From a virus, in the IMG/VR virus record IMGVR_UViG_3300046499_000680, positions 19,202 to 83,201 of that record: 64,000 bases of DNA, one strand, 5' to 3'. This document shows positions 46,071 through 55,753 of this stretch, piece after piece (position 1 is the stretch's first letter; each line of letters opens with the position of its first letter). Under the pieces are notes generated by a model. That model made no database searches, was not told where the DNA came from, and saw only the letters and a list, made by a program, of their open reading frames with translations. The translations under genes and the position numbers were made by a program.

Positions 46071-46400
46071 ATGAGCAACGATCCACAGCCGCAGAAGTGC
46101 CTCGACTACAACCTCGCCCGCGAAATCCAGCGCGACATCGAGGAGCTGCCCGGAGCCTGGTCCTCCTCGCTGGTCTCCCTGGCCGAGCGCGAGCCGAACG
46201 CCTACCGCATCGAACTCAACGTCAGTGGTCTGAGCGGTGAGGCCGCCGCCAGCTTCCAGGTGATCGCCGAGGCCCACGGGGTCTGGCTGAGCATCGCGCC
46301 CGACCCCGATCGCAGCGTCGCCACCAACCTCCGTGTCGTCTTCAACCGCCCCGGCCAGTGGTACGCCGAAGGCAACCAGCACCGTCTGGAGCAGTCGTGA
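46071..46400 (+). CDS. Hypothetical protein
   Basis: Tiles the operon. Confidence 0.62.
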   Translation: MSNDPQPQKCLDYNLAREIQRDIEELPGAWSSSLVSLAEREPNAYRIELNVSGLSGEAAASFQVIAEAHGVWLSIAPDPDRSVATNLRVVFNRPGQWYAEGNQHRLEQS

Positions 46401-46597
46401 GCGCGCCGCCTCCCAAGAAGCTGCTGAAGCTCACCCGGTCGATGTCGCGCTACGACTTCTCGAAAGCCCCGCTGGCGGAAGCCGACGTGGTGATCGACAA
46501 GACCGGCCGCATCTGCAAGCACCGGACGGGCAAGGCTGGGGATGACGCGACGGCGGAGCAATCGGCCGCCGCCGCCCCGGTCGGCCCGAACCGCTGA
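46397..46597 (+). CDS. Small hypothetical protein
   Basis: GTGA overlap; GGAG RBS. Confidence 0.58.
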   Translation: MSAPPPKKLLKLTRSMSRYDFSKAPLAEADVVIDKTGRICKHRTGKAGDDATAEQSAAAAPVGPNR

Positions 46598-46651
46598 GCC
46601 GTTAATCCCACAAGTTATGGAAGTCCCGACTCCCGTTAGGAGAACAGCCGA

Positions 46652-47209
46652 ATGACCGACCCCGACGCCATGAAACGACTCGCCTTCTTCCTGGAGAAGC
46701 GGCACGTCGAAGCCCTGCTCGACCCCGAGAGCGCCCGCGCCGACGTGGTGCAGGAAGCTCGCGACCTCCTGCGCGGCGTCCTCGGCGGCGACAAGCTCGG
46801 CCTCCAGACCGACGACCCCCGCGCCGCTGGCGGCACGATCGTCGGCGACTCCGGGCCTCACGACCGCGACTCGATCCTGTTCGACACGCGCAAGGCCATC
46901 CTGCCGGAGGAAATGGAGTTCGCCATCGCCAACGGCACCTCCGACGGCTCCGCGATGCCCGAGTCGGTCGCGATGCTGGTCCGGGGCCGGATCAACCGGC
47001 CGCCCGACCATGAGGCGACCCGCGAGGCCCCCGCTGAGCAGGTCGAACACCTGCATCTTTTCGGCTGGGAGACCGCCGCCGACATCGTGGTGGACATCCA
47101 GGCCCTGGCGGGCCGGAACGGGACGATGCCGGAGCTGCGCGCGCTCCTGGAGGGCAAGTGGGCCGACATGCAGGCGAAAGGGCTGACGACGCCGGGGGAG
47201 GGATCGTGA
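46652..47209 (+). CDS. Hypothetical protein
   Basis: AGGAG RBS. Confidence 0.72.
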   Translation: MTDPDAMKRLAFFLEKRHVEALLDPESARADVVQEARDLLRGVLGGDKLGLQTDDPRAAGGTIVGDSGPHDRDSILFDTRKAILPEEMEFAIANGTSDGSAMPESVAMLVRGRINRPPDHEATREAPAEQVEHLHLFGWETAADIVVDIQALAGRNGTMPELRALLEGKWADMQAKGLTTPGEGS

Positions 47210-47553
47210 AGCCGTTCATCGTCGTCATCTACTCGCTGCTTACCGTCGTCGCCATCGGCTTGTTCCTCGGCCACGGCTTGTTCGTCGCCGTCGTCTTCAT
47301 CATCGGCACCGCGCTCGCGGGCGGCTCGAACTACACGCTCGGCTGGATGGCCCGAAACCGCATCGCCTCGGCGCCAGACCCCCTCCGCGACGGGATGCGG
47401 GTCACTCCGCCGCTGGAGCTGCGCCACATCGACGCGCTGGTCGCGTTCGGGGAGAACTCCTTCGGCCCGATGGAGCTGGACGACGACCACGACGACGCCC
47501 TGGCGATCCTGCGGGAACACCGCCCGATCACCCAGAGAGAGGACCCACGATGA
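47206..47553 (+). CDS. Membrane protein
   Basis: Two hydrophobic N-terminal segments. Confidence 0.68.
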   Translation: MKPFIVVIYSLLTVVAIGLFLGHGLFVAVVFIIGTALAGGSNYTLGWMARNRIASAPDPLRDGMRVTPPLELRHIDALVAFGENSFGPMELDDDHDDALAILREHRPITQREDPR

Positions 47554-48014
47554 CCCAGAAGTTCTCCCCGATCGTGCTGATCGAGCGCACCCTTGGCAAG
47601 GGGATCGACCAGCGCGCAGTCAACCGGCTCATGGAGCTTTGCCCGACGGCGGTGGTGCGCGTCTATCACACCCGACCGATCGAAAAGAAGCCCGTGAAAC
47701 AGATCGTCACTATGCGCGGCAAGAAGGAGTACCTGGAGCGGCTGCGCGCGTCGAGCTTGATGTCGAAACGTGAGGATCAGGTGAAAGAGTTCGTCTTCGC
47801 CCAGTTCGGCGGGACGACGGAAGTAACGATCGCGGAAGGCCCCGATCTTCCCCCCACCGCGAAGGCGATCGCGAACTGCCGCTGGGACGAGCAGTTCAGC
47901 CGGGAGATCGGCCGGTCCCTGGCCTTCAATCGTGCCCTGGAGCGCTTCAAAGAGGTCAGCGTGTTCCAGGAAGAAGATGCGCGCGGCATCGGACCGGCGC
48001 TGGGCGACGACTAG
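47550..48014 (+). CDS. Conserved phage protein
   Basis: GGTTEVTI...ANCRWDEQFSREIGRSLA motif. Confidence 0.72.
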   Translation: MTQKFSPIVLIERTLGKGIDQRAVNRLMELCPTAVVRVYHTRPIEKKPVKQIVTMRGKKEYLERLRASSLMSKREDQVKEFVFAQFGGTTEVTIAEGPDLPPTAKAIANCRWDEQFSREIGRSLAFNRALERFKEVSVFQEEDARGIGPALGDD

Positions 48015-48024
48015 GGAGCTGTGA

Positions 48025-48384
48025 GTGGCGAAGCGCAAACCCGAGTCGATCCAGGTCGGCGGCTTCACCTGGTTCAGCCAGCCGCCGCTGTCGGACCCTG
48101 CCCGCGAGCGCTGGATGCTCCACATCGCCGCCATCCACGTTTGCGTCAGCGACTACGGCCCGGACGATCCACGCGGCGGCTACTTCAGCGGCTGGCGGAT
48201 CGTGGCCGGGGCGCCGCTGAAAGAGGAGTTCCCGACGCGGGACGCTGCCATGATGGCCGCCCGCGACACGATCAAGAACGAGGTGCTGGGCCAGATGAAG
48301 TACGCCAGCGAAGTCGCCGAACGTACCCGCGCCGCGATGAAAACCTGCGAAGCGGCGGGCATCGAGCTGGTGAAGAAGAAATGA
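48025..48384 (+). CDS. Hypothetical protein
   Basis: GGAG RBS. Confidence 0.65.
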   Translation: MAKRKPESIQVGGFTWFSQPPLSDPARERWMLHIAAIHVCVSDYGPDDPRGGYFSGWRIVAGAPLKEEFPTRDAAMMAARDTIKNEVLGQMKYASEVAERTRAAMKTCEAAGIELVKKK

Positions 48385-48394
48385 GGTGTTTCTG

Positions 48395-49087
48395 ATGGAC
48401 GGCAAAGCGAGCTGCACCACCTGCAACCACCCCGCCTCCGAGCATTCGGAGATCGAGGGCCTGGACGGACGCGGCCACTGCAAAGTGCCCGGCTGCGAAT
48501 GCGGCGCGTTCGTCCTCGGCGCCGAGCAGCCATCGTCGCCGCCCCAAGGCGCGCGCCACACGCTGATCGCGCGCGCGACCGATGCCGAGGGGATGAAAGG
48601 GATCAACCTGGTCGCTGCTGGCGGGCCGGGAATCTCGGTTGAAATCCCCGAGGACGTGGCGATGGAGCTTGGCAAACAGGCCCAGCGTGAGTACCGCAAC
48701 CTGTTCGGCGAGGACGCCGTTCACGTCGGCGTCGCCGGGCTGCCTTTCCTCCACGACCAAGACAAAGAACCGGGCGGCTACAACATGCCCGCGTCCCCAG
48801 GCATCTACCTGAAGGACGGCGGCACGCTGGAGGACGCGATCGAGGCCATCGAGGAGTGTGGCCCGATCATCGAAAAAGTCCCGACCGAAAATCTGCGGCC
48901 GAGGGACAAGCTGCTCGCCGCCCTCTACCCGATCGACAAGGTACTCGCCGCCAGGGTGCTGATGGACGAGTACGAGACTCAGGGCGCCCTGGTCACCCTC
49001 GCGATCAAGCTGGCGGAACTGGGAACGACGCAGGCGATCGAGGTGTCGAACCGGATCAGGGCCGGAGAGTTCGACGGTGAATCTTGA
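48395..49087 (+). CDS. Hypothetical protein with N-terminal Cys/His zinc-binding motif
   Basis: CTTCNH...H...C...CEC, same pattern as the 44284 gene. Confidence 0.68.
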   Translation: MDGKASCTTCNHPASEHSEIEGLDGRGHCKVPGCECGAFVLGAEQPSSPPQGARHTLIARATDAEGMKGINLVAAGGPGISVEIPEDVAMELGKQAQREYRNLFGEDAVHVGVAGLPFLHDQDKEPGGYNMPASPGIYLKDGGTLEDAIEAIEECGPIIEKVPTENLRPRDKLLAALYPIDKVLAARVLMDEYETQGALVTLAIKLAELGTTQAIEVSNRIRAGEFDGES

Positions 49088-49352
49088 ACGCTACCGCTGC
49101 CCCAAGTGCAACACGTACGTCCTCGCCCATGAGGTCGATGAAGTCGTGGAAGTGTGGCCGCCGGATGTCGAGCCGAACTCGTCCGAGCATGGGCTGGTGA
49201 AGGTCGTCGTGAGGCCAGGCCCGCTGTTCTGCCACTCCGAGCATCACCCGCATCCGGTGGGGATGAAACGCGAGTCGTTCGAGTTCGACCAAAGCTCGAT
49301 GGTCGGACGCGGGCTGCTGCGCAAGATCGTGAGGCGGGAGTCGAATGGCTAA
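49077..49352 (+). CDS. Small Zn-ribbon protein
   Basis: YRCPKC...C...H. Confidence 0.6.
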   Translation: MNLERYRCPKCNTYVLAHEVDEVVEVWPPDVEPNSSEHGLVKVVVRPGPLFCHSEHHPHPVGMKRESFEFDQSSMVGRGLLRKIVRRESNG

Positions 49353-49794
49353 GGACGCCAGCGACCTGAATCAGCGGCTCACCCTGGAGCAGGTCGAACG
49401 GTTCGTCGGCTTCCTACCCGACGACGTGATCGACCTGCTCTGCCTCGGCGCCGTCCCCGACCTAACTCCCGAGCAGCCCGAGTATTGGCTGAAGGGGAAC
49501 AAGGACTGCCGTGTCTGCCAGGCGCTCGAATCCATCGAGCCGATGCAGGGACCGGCGAACGCCCTCTACGAATGGCACTCGTTCGTCGGCGCCTCCTTCG
49601 AGATGCTGCAAGAGGTCGCGAAGTCCCCGAAGATCGGCGAGGACCTGGAGCGCGAGCTGCAAGATGAACTGCTGAGCCTGTTCGGGACCCTCGCCTTCTC
49701 GCGGTGCATCGTCATCTACTCGGTCGCCCGAGCCGAGCGGATGAGGCGCGATGCCAAAGCCGCAACTCCGGTTGGGGGAAAAGATGTCAGCTAA
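49345..49794 (+). CDS. Hypothetical protein
   Basis: GGAG RBS; overlap. Confidence 0.65.
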   Translation: MAKDASDLNQRLTLEQVERFVGFLPDDVIDLLCLGAVPDLTPEQPEYWLKGNKDCRVCQALESIEPMQGPANALYEWHSFVGASFEMLQEVAKSPKIGEDLERELQDELLSLFGTLAFSRCIVIYSVARAERMRRDAKAATPVGGKDVS

Positions 49795-49833
49795 AACCGG
49801 CGCCGCACGGCGCCAGCGAAAAGGAGGCTCGAA

Positions 49834-50223
49834 GTGAGAGAACAGAATCGACTGAACAGGGTCGGACCAGGAGGGGCGGTCATCGGCGGGGTGATCGTGC
49901 TGGTAGTCCTCGCAGTGATCGCGGCATGTGCCGTCAGCCTCTACAGCGTCTATGGCACCCAGCGGACCGTCACCTTCAAGGTGAATCACCGCGAGCGCAC
50001 GGGCGGAGACAGCGGCAAGTATCTGATCTACACCGACGAAGAAGGCGTCTTCCAGGACACCGACGCCATCTGGTACTTCAAGTTCGATAGCTCCGACGTT
50101 TACAACCAGCTTCGCGAAGGCGGCGAATACGAATGCGAAGTGTACGGGTGGAGGGTGCCGTTCTTCTCCTGGTATCCGAACATCAAGAGCTGCGTGACGC
50201 TGAAGGAAGGCCACGATGGCTGA
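49834..50223 (+). CDS. Membrane-anchored conserved phage protein (DUF1523-like)
   Basis: AAGGAGG RBS; TM helix; KFDSSDVY...YGWRVPFFSWYPNI. Confidence 0.75.
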   Translation: MREQNRLNRVGPGGAVIGGVIVLVVLAVIAACAVSLYSVYGTQRTVTFKVNHRERTGGDSGKYLIYTDEEGVFQDTDAIWYFKFDSSDVYNQLREGGEYECEVYGWRVPFFSWYPNIKSCVTLKEGHDG

Positions 50224-50404
50224 CAAACGGAGAGCGGTCGTCTTCGACCGCGATCCCCGCGAACGGACCGGCGACTACATGGGCAACATGCAGAAGCTGG
50301 CCGACGCCGACCTGGCGCTGGTGGTCAAGGGCGACACCGCCGAGATCATCAAGCTGCGCTGGGCGGAGCCGGAGGACTACGAGGTGGAGGTGGTGCGGCC
50401 GTGA
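50216..50404 (+). CDS. Small hypothetical protein
   Basis: RBS and overlaps. Confidence 0.6.
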   Translation: MADKRRAVVFDRDPRERTGDYMGNMQKLADADLALVVKGDTAEIIKLRWAEPEDYEVEVVRP

Positions 50405-50739
50405 GCGACGACGATCGACTGAGGGTGCAGAGCCTCGCGGCGGAGATCGCGGCGATGGCCGAGGAGAATTTCCCTATGCACCGTAGGGATATTGCCGTCG
50501 CCGCCAAAACGATCATTGAATGCGCCGACCCCTCCGGCGCCGAGGAGACCGCCGAGCTGGTCATCCGGCTCTCGCCCTACGTGCCCTCGGCCGATCGGGT
50601 CGAGCTGCGCAACGGCACGCTGGTCAAGGGCGTCAAAGCGATCGAGATCAAGGACGACTACGGCGAGCGCCGGGAGGCCCGGATCACGATCGCGGGTCTG
50701 CCCGTCCTCGGCCAGACCGAGCTGAGGCCGCAGGCGTAG
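50401..50739 (+). CDS. Hypothetical protein
   Basis: GTGA overlap. Confidence 0.62.
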   Translation: MSDDDRLRVQSLAAEIAAMAEENFPMHRRDIAVAAKTIIECADPSGAEETAELVIRLSPYVPSADRVELRNGTLVKGVKAIEIKDDYGERREARITIAGLPVLGQTELRPQA

Positions 50740-50742
50740 ACG

Positions 50743-51279
50743 ATGGCGGGCGGTCTCAAACCAGGGCAGGTCCCCGACTGGCGCCCCGGCGCCGAGTTCT
50801 GGAAGCCGCTCGCCGACGGCCGCGAGGTCACGGTCTACCCCCTCCTGCACGGAAAGGGCCGCCTCTGCGTCGGGCCGCTCGCCGACCCCAACGGCTACGA
50901 CATCGCCTACCGCTACAAGTCGGTCGCGGAAGCGGTCACTGCGGCGAAGGTCTGGGACGGCGAGAGGAGCGAGCATCCGCCGAACTACGAGGAGATCGAA
51001 TTCGGCGGCGGCACGATCCCTGGCTCTGCGCCGATCCACTCCCAGGCATTTCAGCCGGGGGCCAAAGTCGAACTGAACGAGACCTTCATGCGCGGCTTCA
51101 CGGTGACGGAAGAACGCAAAGCGCCCGATCAGACCAGTTGGTACAGCCTGGAGGGTGTCACCGAAGATGGCAAGCAGGTCGAGGTGAAGGCGATCCGACA
51201 CACTGGCGATCCAGTGGGAGCGAACGGAACTCCGATCGTCACCGTCCTGTCCGTAACTGCAAACTCGATCGAGCGGTGA
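50743..51279 (+). CDS. Hypothetical protein
   Basis: GYDIAYRY...WDG..EHP motif. Confidence 0.65.
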   Translation: MAGGLKPGQVPDWRPGAEFWKPLADGREVTVYPLLHGKGRLCVGPLADPNGYDIAYRYKSVAEAVTAAKVWDGERSEHPPNYEEIEFGGGTIPGSAPIHSQAFQPGAKVELNETFMRGFTVTEERKAPDQTSWYSLEGVTEDGKQVEVKAIRHTGDPVGANGTPIVTVLSVTANSIER

Positions 51280-51671
51280 AGCGATGCTACTACTGCGGGT
51301 TTGCCATCAAGAACGGTCAGAAGCCGGTAGTGGTCTTGGCGACCGGCGACTACTACCACAAACCCTGCGCACGACTGAGAGATAATCGAATGGCGAAAGC
51401 ACAAGCTGACAGTAGGTACGGGAACATCACCAGCAGCAAGGTGAAGTTCCGCGAGGGCGAGCCGGTCTTCCTGATCCGAGGCACCGATCCCCTTGCCGCC
51501 AAAGCGATGATCGACTACGCGCGCCAGGCCGAGAAAGACGGTGCCGCGAAAGCTGCCGTGGACGAGGTGTTCGACCACGCGATGCTGATCGCGCAGTGGC
51601 AGCGGAACAACCCCGAGCTGGTCAAGCCCCTGCCCGAGACCGAGGAGGCGCCCGATGGCGACTCTGGCTGA
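51276..51671 (+). CDS. Hypothetical protein (N-terminal Zn finger plus EPVFLIRGTD domain)
   Basis: CYYC...HKPC; EPVFLIRGTDPLA...YA; alternative start 51390. Confidence 0.62.
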   Translation: MKRCYYCGFAIKNGQKPVVVLATGDYYHKPCARLRDNRMAKAQADSRYGNITSSKVKFREGEPVFLIRGTDPLAAKAMIDYARQAEKDGAAKAAVDEVFDHAMLIAQWQRNNPELVKPLPETEEAPDGDSG

Positions 51672-52101
51672 GACCGGCGAGCGGATCGGCATCCCGACCG
51701 ACCTGCTCGAAGACCTGATCGAGCTTCCCGTCGTCGCCGAGGCGCTGCATAGCGCGGCGGCGAATCCGAACTGGGCGCCGAAGTCGATATGGAAGGGAGT
51801 CGGTCGCCCGACGATCTTTGAACGGGAGAAGCTGAAGGTCGAGCAGTTGCAGATGGAGCTGGTCAAACGGCGCGAGCTGGCGACCCGGACCACCGATGGC
51901 AGGATCATCCCGGAGCGGCACGGCAGTCCAATCTCGACCGGGCGACTCCAGAAAGCCGAGACCATCGCCCGGCGGCGGCTCCAGGTGATCGTGAAGCTGA
52001 GCGAATTGATGAAGCGCCCGCATGAACCGAGGGCCATGAAGGAAATGGACGATTGGGTGAAGGCGGAGCTGGAGAAAGCGAAAGGAGCTGGGGAACTATG
52101 A
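51655..52101 (+). CDS. Hypothetical protein
   Basis: AGGAGG RBS. Confidence 0.68.
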   Translation: MATLAETGERIGIPTDLLEDLIELPVVAEALHSAAANPNWAPKSIWKGVGRPTIFEREKLKVEQLQMELVKRRELATRTTDGRIIPERHGSPISTGRLQKAETIARRRLQVIVKLSELMKRPHEPRAMKEMDDWVKAELEKAKGAGEL

Positions 52102-52304
52102 GAGTCACGAACGAGGAGATGTTGTCGCCGCGCGACTTTGGAAGGTCCCCGGCCGGACACCTCGATCGGCTGGAGGCTGGTGACGTGGAGAAGCTGGTCC
52201 TCACGCGCGCGAGCGAGATGCGGTTCGTCGTCATCACCGTCGATCGGTTCGAGGAACTGGAGCTGGCCGAGCAGGCGATGAAAGCCCAGGGGGAAACGCC
52301 GTGA
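52098..52304 (+). CDS. Phd/YefM-like antitoxin (orphan)
   Basis: EMLSPRDFGRS...LDRL...EKLVLTR...VVITVDRFEEL matches the Phd/YefM beta-alpha-beta pattern. Confidence 0.6.
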   Translation: MRVTNEEMLSPRDFGRSPAGHLDRLEAGDVEKLVLTRASEMRFVVITVDRFEELELAEQAMKAQGETP

Positions 52305-52492
52305 CGCGGCCGATGCTGGCGGTCGTCCGGGTCAGCGAAGAACCCGAGCCGCCGATCCCGTCGGTCGAGAAGACGTGCGGTTCCTGCGAAAAGCCGGTGT
52401 GGGTCTCGAAGGGCAACGACAAGCTCTCCGACCGCTGCGACATCATCTGCCCTCCCTGCCTCGCGGCGCTGGCAACCACCTCCCAGAACTGA
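52301..52492 (+). CDS. Small Zn-finger protein
   Basis: CGSC...CPPC. Confidence 0.62.
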   Translation: MTRPMLAVVRVSEEPEPPIPSVEKTCGSCEKPVWVSKGNDKLSDRCDIICPPCLAALATTSQN

Positions 52493-52863
52493 TGCGACCC
52501 CTCATGGCCCAGAAGGTGGCGACGCCTCCGCAGATCGAAGAACAGCTCGGCGGCGCGCTGCATATCGAGTGCTACCGGATCGGGAACTGCGCCGTGATCC
52601 TGAGCCGAGCGGACGTTGCTGATGGGCGGAACAGAACTCGCGACTTCCGTTGGCACTTAGAGTTGTCGCATTCCGAGCGCTCGCCGACCTGGGACGAGAT
52701 CGAGATCGCCCGCGAGCTGCTTCCCGAGGAGGTCCACTTCTGCCTGCCCTTCCCCCGAGCTGGCTTTCGCCCCAAAGAGGGGCTTTCCCTCCACTTCTGG
52801 GAGGTCAAGGACACCAATCTGACCGAACAGTGGGAGTACGATTCGGTCGTTCACCGTGACTAG
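52492..52863 (+). CDS. Conserved phage protein
   Basis: WHLELSH..R.PTWDEI...LHFWE motif. Confidence 0.7.
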   Translation: MRPLMAQKVATPPQIEEQLGGALHIECYRIGNCAVILSRADVADGRNRTRDFRWHLELSHSERSPTWDEIEIARELLPEEVHFCLPFPRAGFRPKEGLSLHFWEVKDTNLTEQWEYDSVVHRD

Positions 52864-53119
52864 CAGCACTGCCCTCAATCTCGAAGCGATCGACAAGGCG
52901 CTGGATGACCACGCCGCTCGCTGCATCGGCGAGATCGTGGAGATCACCCTGAATCCGTTCGAGGTCGAGCGGCTGGGCTTCACCGAGTTCAAAGGCATCC
53001 CGATCGTCGCCGACGACAAGATCGGGACCGGGCGCTTCCGCCTGGTTTGCGCACGGGAGCAGGCGGGTGGGGACCTCGCCGAGACCGCCGACGCGAAATC
53101 GGTCCCCGCAGCGGCGTAG
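52856..53119 (+). CDS. Hypothetical protein
   Basis: LNPFEVERLG...KGIPIVAD. Confidence 0.65.
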   Translation: MTSSTALNLEAIDKALDDHAARCIGEIVEITLNPFEVERLGFTEFKGIPIVADDKIGTGRFRLVCAREQAGGDLAETADAKSVPAAA

Positions 53120-53130
53120 GCTGCTCGATC

Positions 53131-53910
53131 ATGGCGGAGAAGACGACGAAGAAAAGCCTGCGCGAACGAGTCACGGCGGCCGTACATCGCTTCTCGTTCT
53201 TCGGCAAGGTCGAACAGGTCGCCGACAACCGGCGCCACACCTTCAACCAGCAGGTGCTGGCCGCGCGGGGCAAGGTCGCCGCTGCCAGGAAAGCCGTCGG
53301 CGAAGCGGAAGCGACCGGCCATCTGGGGCGGATCGAAGACGAGAACCAGGTCCTCGCGATCGCGGAAGGTGTCCTCCGTCGCAAGCTGAAAAAGCGGGAA
53401 TTCTGGCGGGACCGCTACACCTGGGCGGAGGCTCGACACAAGCACTGGGGCACCGTCCTGAAGCACCGCCGCGACCGCATCCGCCGCTGGATTCGACAGC
53501 ACGAAGATTTCCAGCCGTTCATGGCGAACGGCAAGCCCTGGGAGAAGCTGACGCCGGAGGCCAAGCACGCGATCTACCTCGACTTCCGCGACGGCAATTT
53601 CGTCACCTCCACCTACGAGGGCTTCCCCGGCGATGGGGTCCACGCGACCAGCTCCTACCACTACATCCAGAACCAGCCGGACGGCAAGGCGCGGTGCTGG
53701 GATGCGGGCGCCGGGACGCGCGGGCCGATGGTCAAGGCCCAGGTGCGCGAAGCCCGCCGCTGCCCCTCCTTCCTGATCGAGATGTTCGGCCCGGAAAACT
53801 CCTTCGCCTTCAAGAACGGTGTCCAGTTCAGCCTGGTCGAGGGCACCGAACTGGAGAACATGCACGACAACCACAAGCACACCTGCATACGGGACGGAGC
53901 GCCGAAATGA
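53131..53910 (+). CDS. Putative cell-wall peptidase (M15/LAS-like) with N-terminal coiled coil
   Basis: VTS...H..SSYH...WD...IEMF...HDNHKH pattern; adjacent to the GH25 lysin. Confidence 0.62.
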   Translation: MAEKTTKKSLRERVTAAVHRFSFFGKVEQVADNRRHTFNQQVLAARGKVAAARKAVGEAEATGHLGRIEDENQVLAIAEGVLRRKLKKREFWRDRYTWAEARHKHWGTVLKHRRDRIRRWIRQHEDFQPFMANGKPWEKLTPEAKHAIYLDFRDGNFVTSTYEGFPGDGVHATSSYHYIQNQPDGKARCWDAGAGTRGPMVKAQVREARRCPSFLIEMFGPENSFAFKNGVQFSLVEGTELENMHDNHKHTCIRDGAPK

Positions 53911-54533
53911 ACCGCCTTGGCATCGACGTGAGCAACAACAACGGCACGGTCTCCTGGGCCGCCGTTGCCCCGCACATCAGCTTCGCGCTGCTGAAGTCGA
54001 GCGAGGGGTTGTCGTTCGTGGACAGCTTCCTGCACGGCAACATCAAGGGCTGCCGGGAGAACCACATCCCCTGCGGCCCCTACCACTTCGCCAGCAACGA
54101 AGGCGCCAGCGGCAAGGCCGAGTGCGACCACTTCCTCGACACCGCGCTGAAGGCCGGGTGGGGGAAGGTCGGCGATCTGCCCGGCACCCTCGACATCGAG
54201 CATGGGCAGGGCGGCCGTCCCGGCGTCCGGTTCGTCCGCGAATTCGCCCGCCGGTACCGCCAGCGCACCGGCCACAGGGTGATGGTCTACACCGGCTCCT
54301 TCTGGCGCGACATCCTGCTGAACCCGGTCGTCCTCGGCCGGTCGAAGCTGATCCTCGCCGCCTACACCTCGACCTGGCACGGCTGGTCCCCGCGCGCCTG
54401 GAAGAAACCCTGGATATGGCAGTACACCGACCAGGGCACGCTGCCGGGTCTCAGCGGCAACGTGGACCACGACCGCTTCCTGCGGAGTGAGAAGAAATTC
54501 CAGCGCATGAGGCTGAAGGAGGCCGTCCGTTGA
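53907..54533 (+). CDS. GH25 muramidase endolysin
   Basis: GIDVS, KSSEG, YHF, LDIE, VYT, WQYT, VDHD. Confidence 0.92.
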   Translation: MNRLGIDVSNNNGTVSWAAVAPHISFALLKSSEGLSFVDSFLHGNIKGCRENHIPCGPYHFASNEGASGKAECDHFLDTALKAGWGKVGDLPGTLDIEHGQGGRPGVRFVREFARRYRQRTGHRVMVYTGSFWRDILLNPVVLGRSKLILAAYTSTWHGWSPRAWKKPWIWQYTDQGTLPGLSGNVDHDRFLRSEKKFQRMRLKEAVR

Positions 54534-54799
54534 ACCTGAAAGAAATCTCGCCGAAGGTCTACGTTCCCGTCGCCGTCGCCGTCCTCGCGGGCGTCGCGCT
54601 CTACTTGCTGACCGGCGACAAAACGTTCCTGATCTCCGTCCTGGTCAGCCTCGCTGCCGGGGGCGCCGGAGTCGCGGCCAAACCCGCGCCGGGCGTCACC
54701 CAGAAGGAAGTCGCGGCGTTGTCGCGGGTGCGGCAGATGCCCAAGCCCCCGCCCGCGCCGCCGACCGGCCCGACGCCTCCCGCGCCGCCCTCCTCGTAG
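54530..54799 (+). CDS. Holin candidate
   Basis: Two TM segments immediately after the lysin; ISPKV start. Confidence 0.68.
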   Translation: MNLKEISPKVYVPVAVAVLAGVALYLLTGDKTFLISVLVSLAAGGAGVAAKPAPGVTQKEVAALSRVRQMPKPPPAPPTGPTPPAPPSS

Positions 54800-54805
54800 A
54801 TTAGG
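54794..54805 (+). promoter_or_regulatory. Late-promoter candidate TCGTAGATTAGG (copy 1)
   Basis: Exact 12-mer also at 56501 and 62156, each just upstream of a gene. Confidence 0.7.
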
Positions 54806-54825
54806 AAGGACGGAAGGAGAAGTCG

Positions 54826-55128
54826 ATGTCAGACGAGTCACAGGCCCAGACGCCAGCACCCGAGGGTTCCCAGCCCGACGCAGCCCAGACGGACGCGGCC
54901 ACGCCGCAGCCCGACGAGCAGCCGACGGTCGAGAGCGCGGAGGAGCAGGCGCCCGAGGCTCAGCCCCAGGCTGGAGGGGATGTCTCCACGACTCCCGCCA
55001 CCGCGCCAGTACCGCTGCCGGGCGTTCCGGCGGCTCCGGTGAATGCCGAGGCCAACGTCGGGGACATCCCCGGCGCTCGGATGGAGCCGGGGCGCATCGG
55101 CGAGGCCCTGCGGTCTCCCGAGGCATAG
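54826..55128 (+). CDS. Acidic Pro/Ala/Gln-rich low-complexity protein
   Basis: AAGGAG RBS. Confidence 0.65.
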   Translation: MSDESQAQTPAPEGSQPDAAQTDAATPQPDEQPTVESAEEQAPEAQPQAGGDVSTTPATAPVPLPGVPAAPVNAEANVGDIPGARMEPGRIGEALRSPEA

Positions 55129-55181
55129 CCCTCCCACCTGATCCACCATCGCGGAGGCTGCCCTAGCGGGTGGCCGCCGCG

Positions 55182-55193
55182 ATGTGTAGGATG
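55182..55193 (+). promoter_or_regulatory. Extended -10 promoter candidate ATGTGTAGGATG
   Basis: Identical to 23491-23502 (-). Confidence 0.5.
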
Positions 55194-55201
55194 CCCCTAC
55201 A

Positions 55202-55753
55202 GTGTCGCCGTTGGCCAACATCCCCTCGCTGGACAACCGGCCGGACATGAAAACGGCGATGGAGCTGATCGAGGCCGCCATCGAGGCGATGGAGCCGGAC
55301 GGCCAGCTCGCGGAACGCTGGGACGAGTACAAGGGCACGATCCTCTCCTGGGTCCGCTACGAGGAGGCGATCAGCCCCCAGGCTCTGCACGGCCTCCGGC
55401 TCAGCCTGGAGGGCATGGCCGGAGACAGCGAGACCGGCGAGATGCTGGTCGCCGCCGTCAAGCTCGGCATCTCGGCCGTCCTCACGGCGGCGCCGAACCC
55501 CTACTGCGTTCTGCTCCACGATCGGGACCCGATGCACGACGACATCGCGCCGCTGATCGAAAAGGCGATCAACCTGCTCCACAAAGCGAAGGTCCAGGAG
55601 CCGTTCGATCCGATCGTCCGCGTGGACTACGACATCCAGGATCGGCTGGAGGCGAAGCGCACGGAGATCGCGGCCGAAGCCGTCGAAGACCAGAAGAAGG
55701 ACTGGGTGACCGAGCTGATCGAGAACGCGGTCCGCCCGGAGAACCAGAACTAA
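55202..55753 (+). CDS. Hypothetical protein
   Basis: Strong codon bias; start 55202 or 55247. Confidence 0.7.
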   Translation: MSPLANIPSLDNRPDMKTAMELIEAAIEAMEPDGQLAERWDEYKGTILSWVRYEEAISPQALHGLRLSLEGMAGDSETGEMLVAAVKLGISAVLTAAPNPYCVLLHDRDPMHDDIAPLIEKAINLLHKAKVQEPFDPIVRVDYDIQDRLEAKRTEIAAEAVEDQKKDWVTELIENAVRPENQN

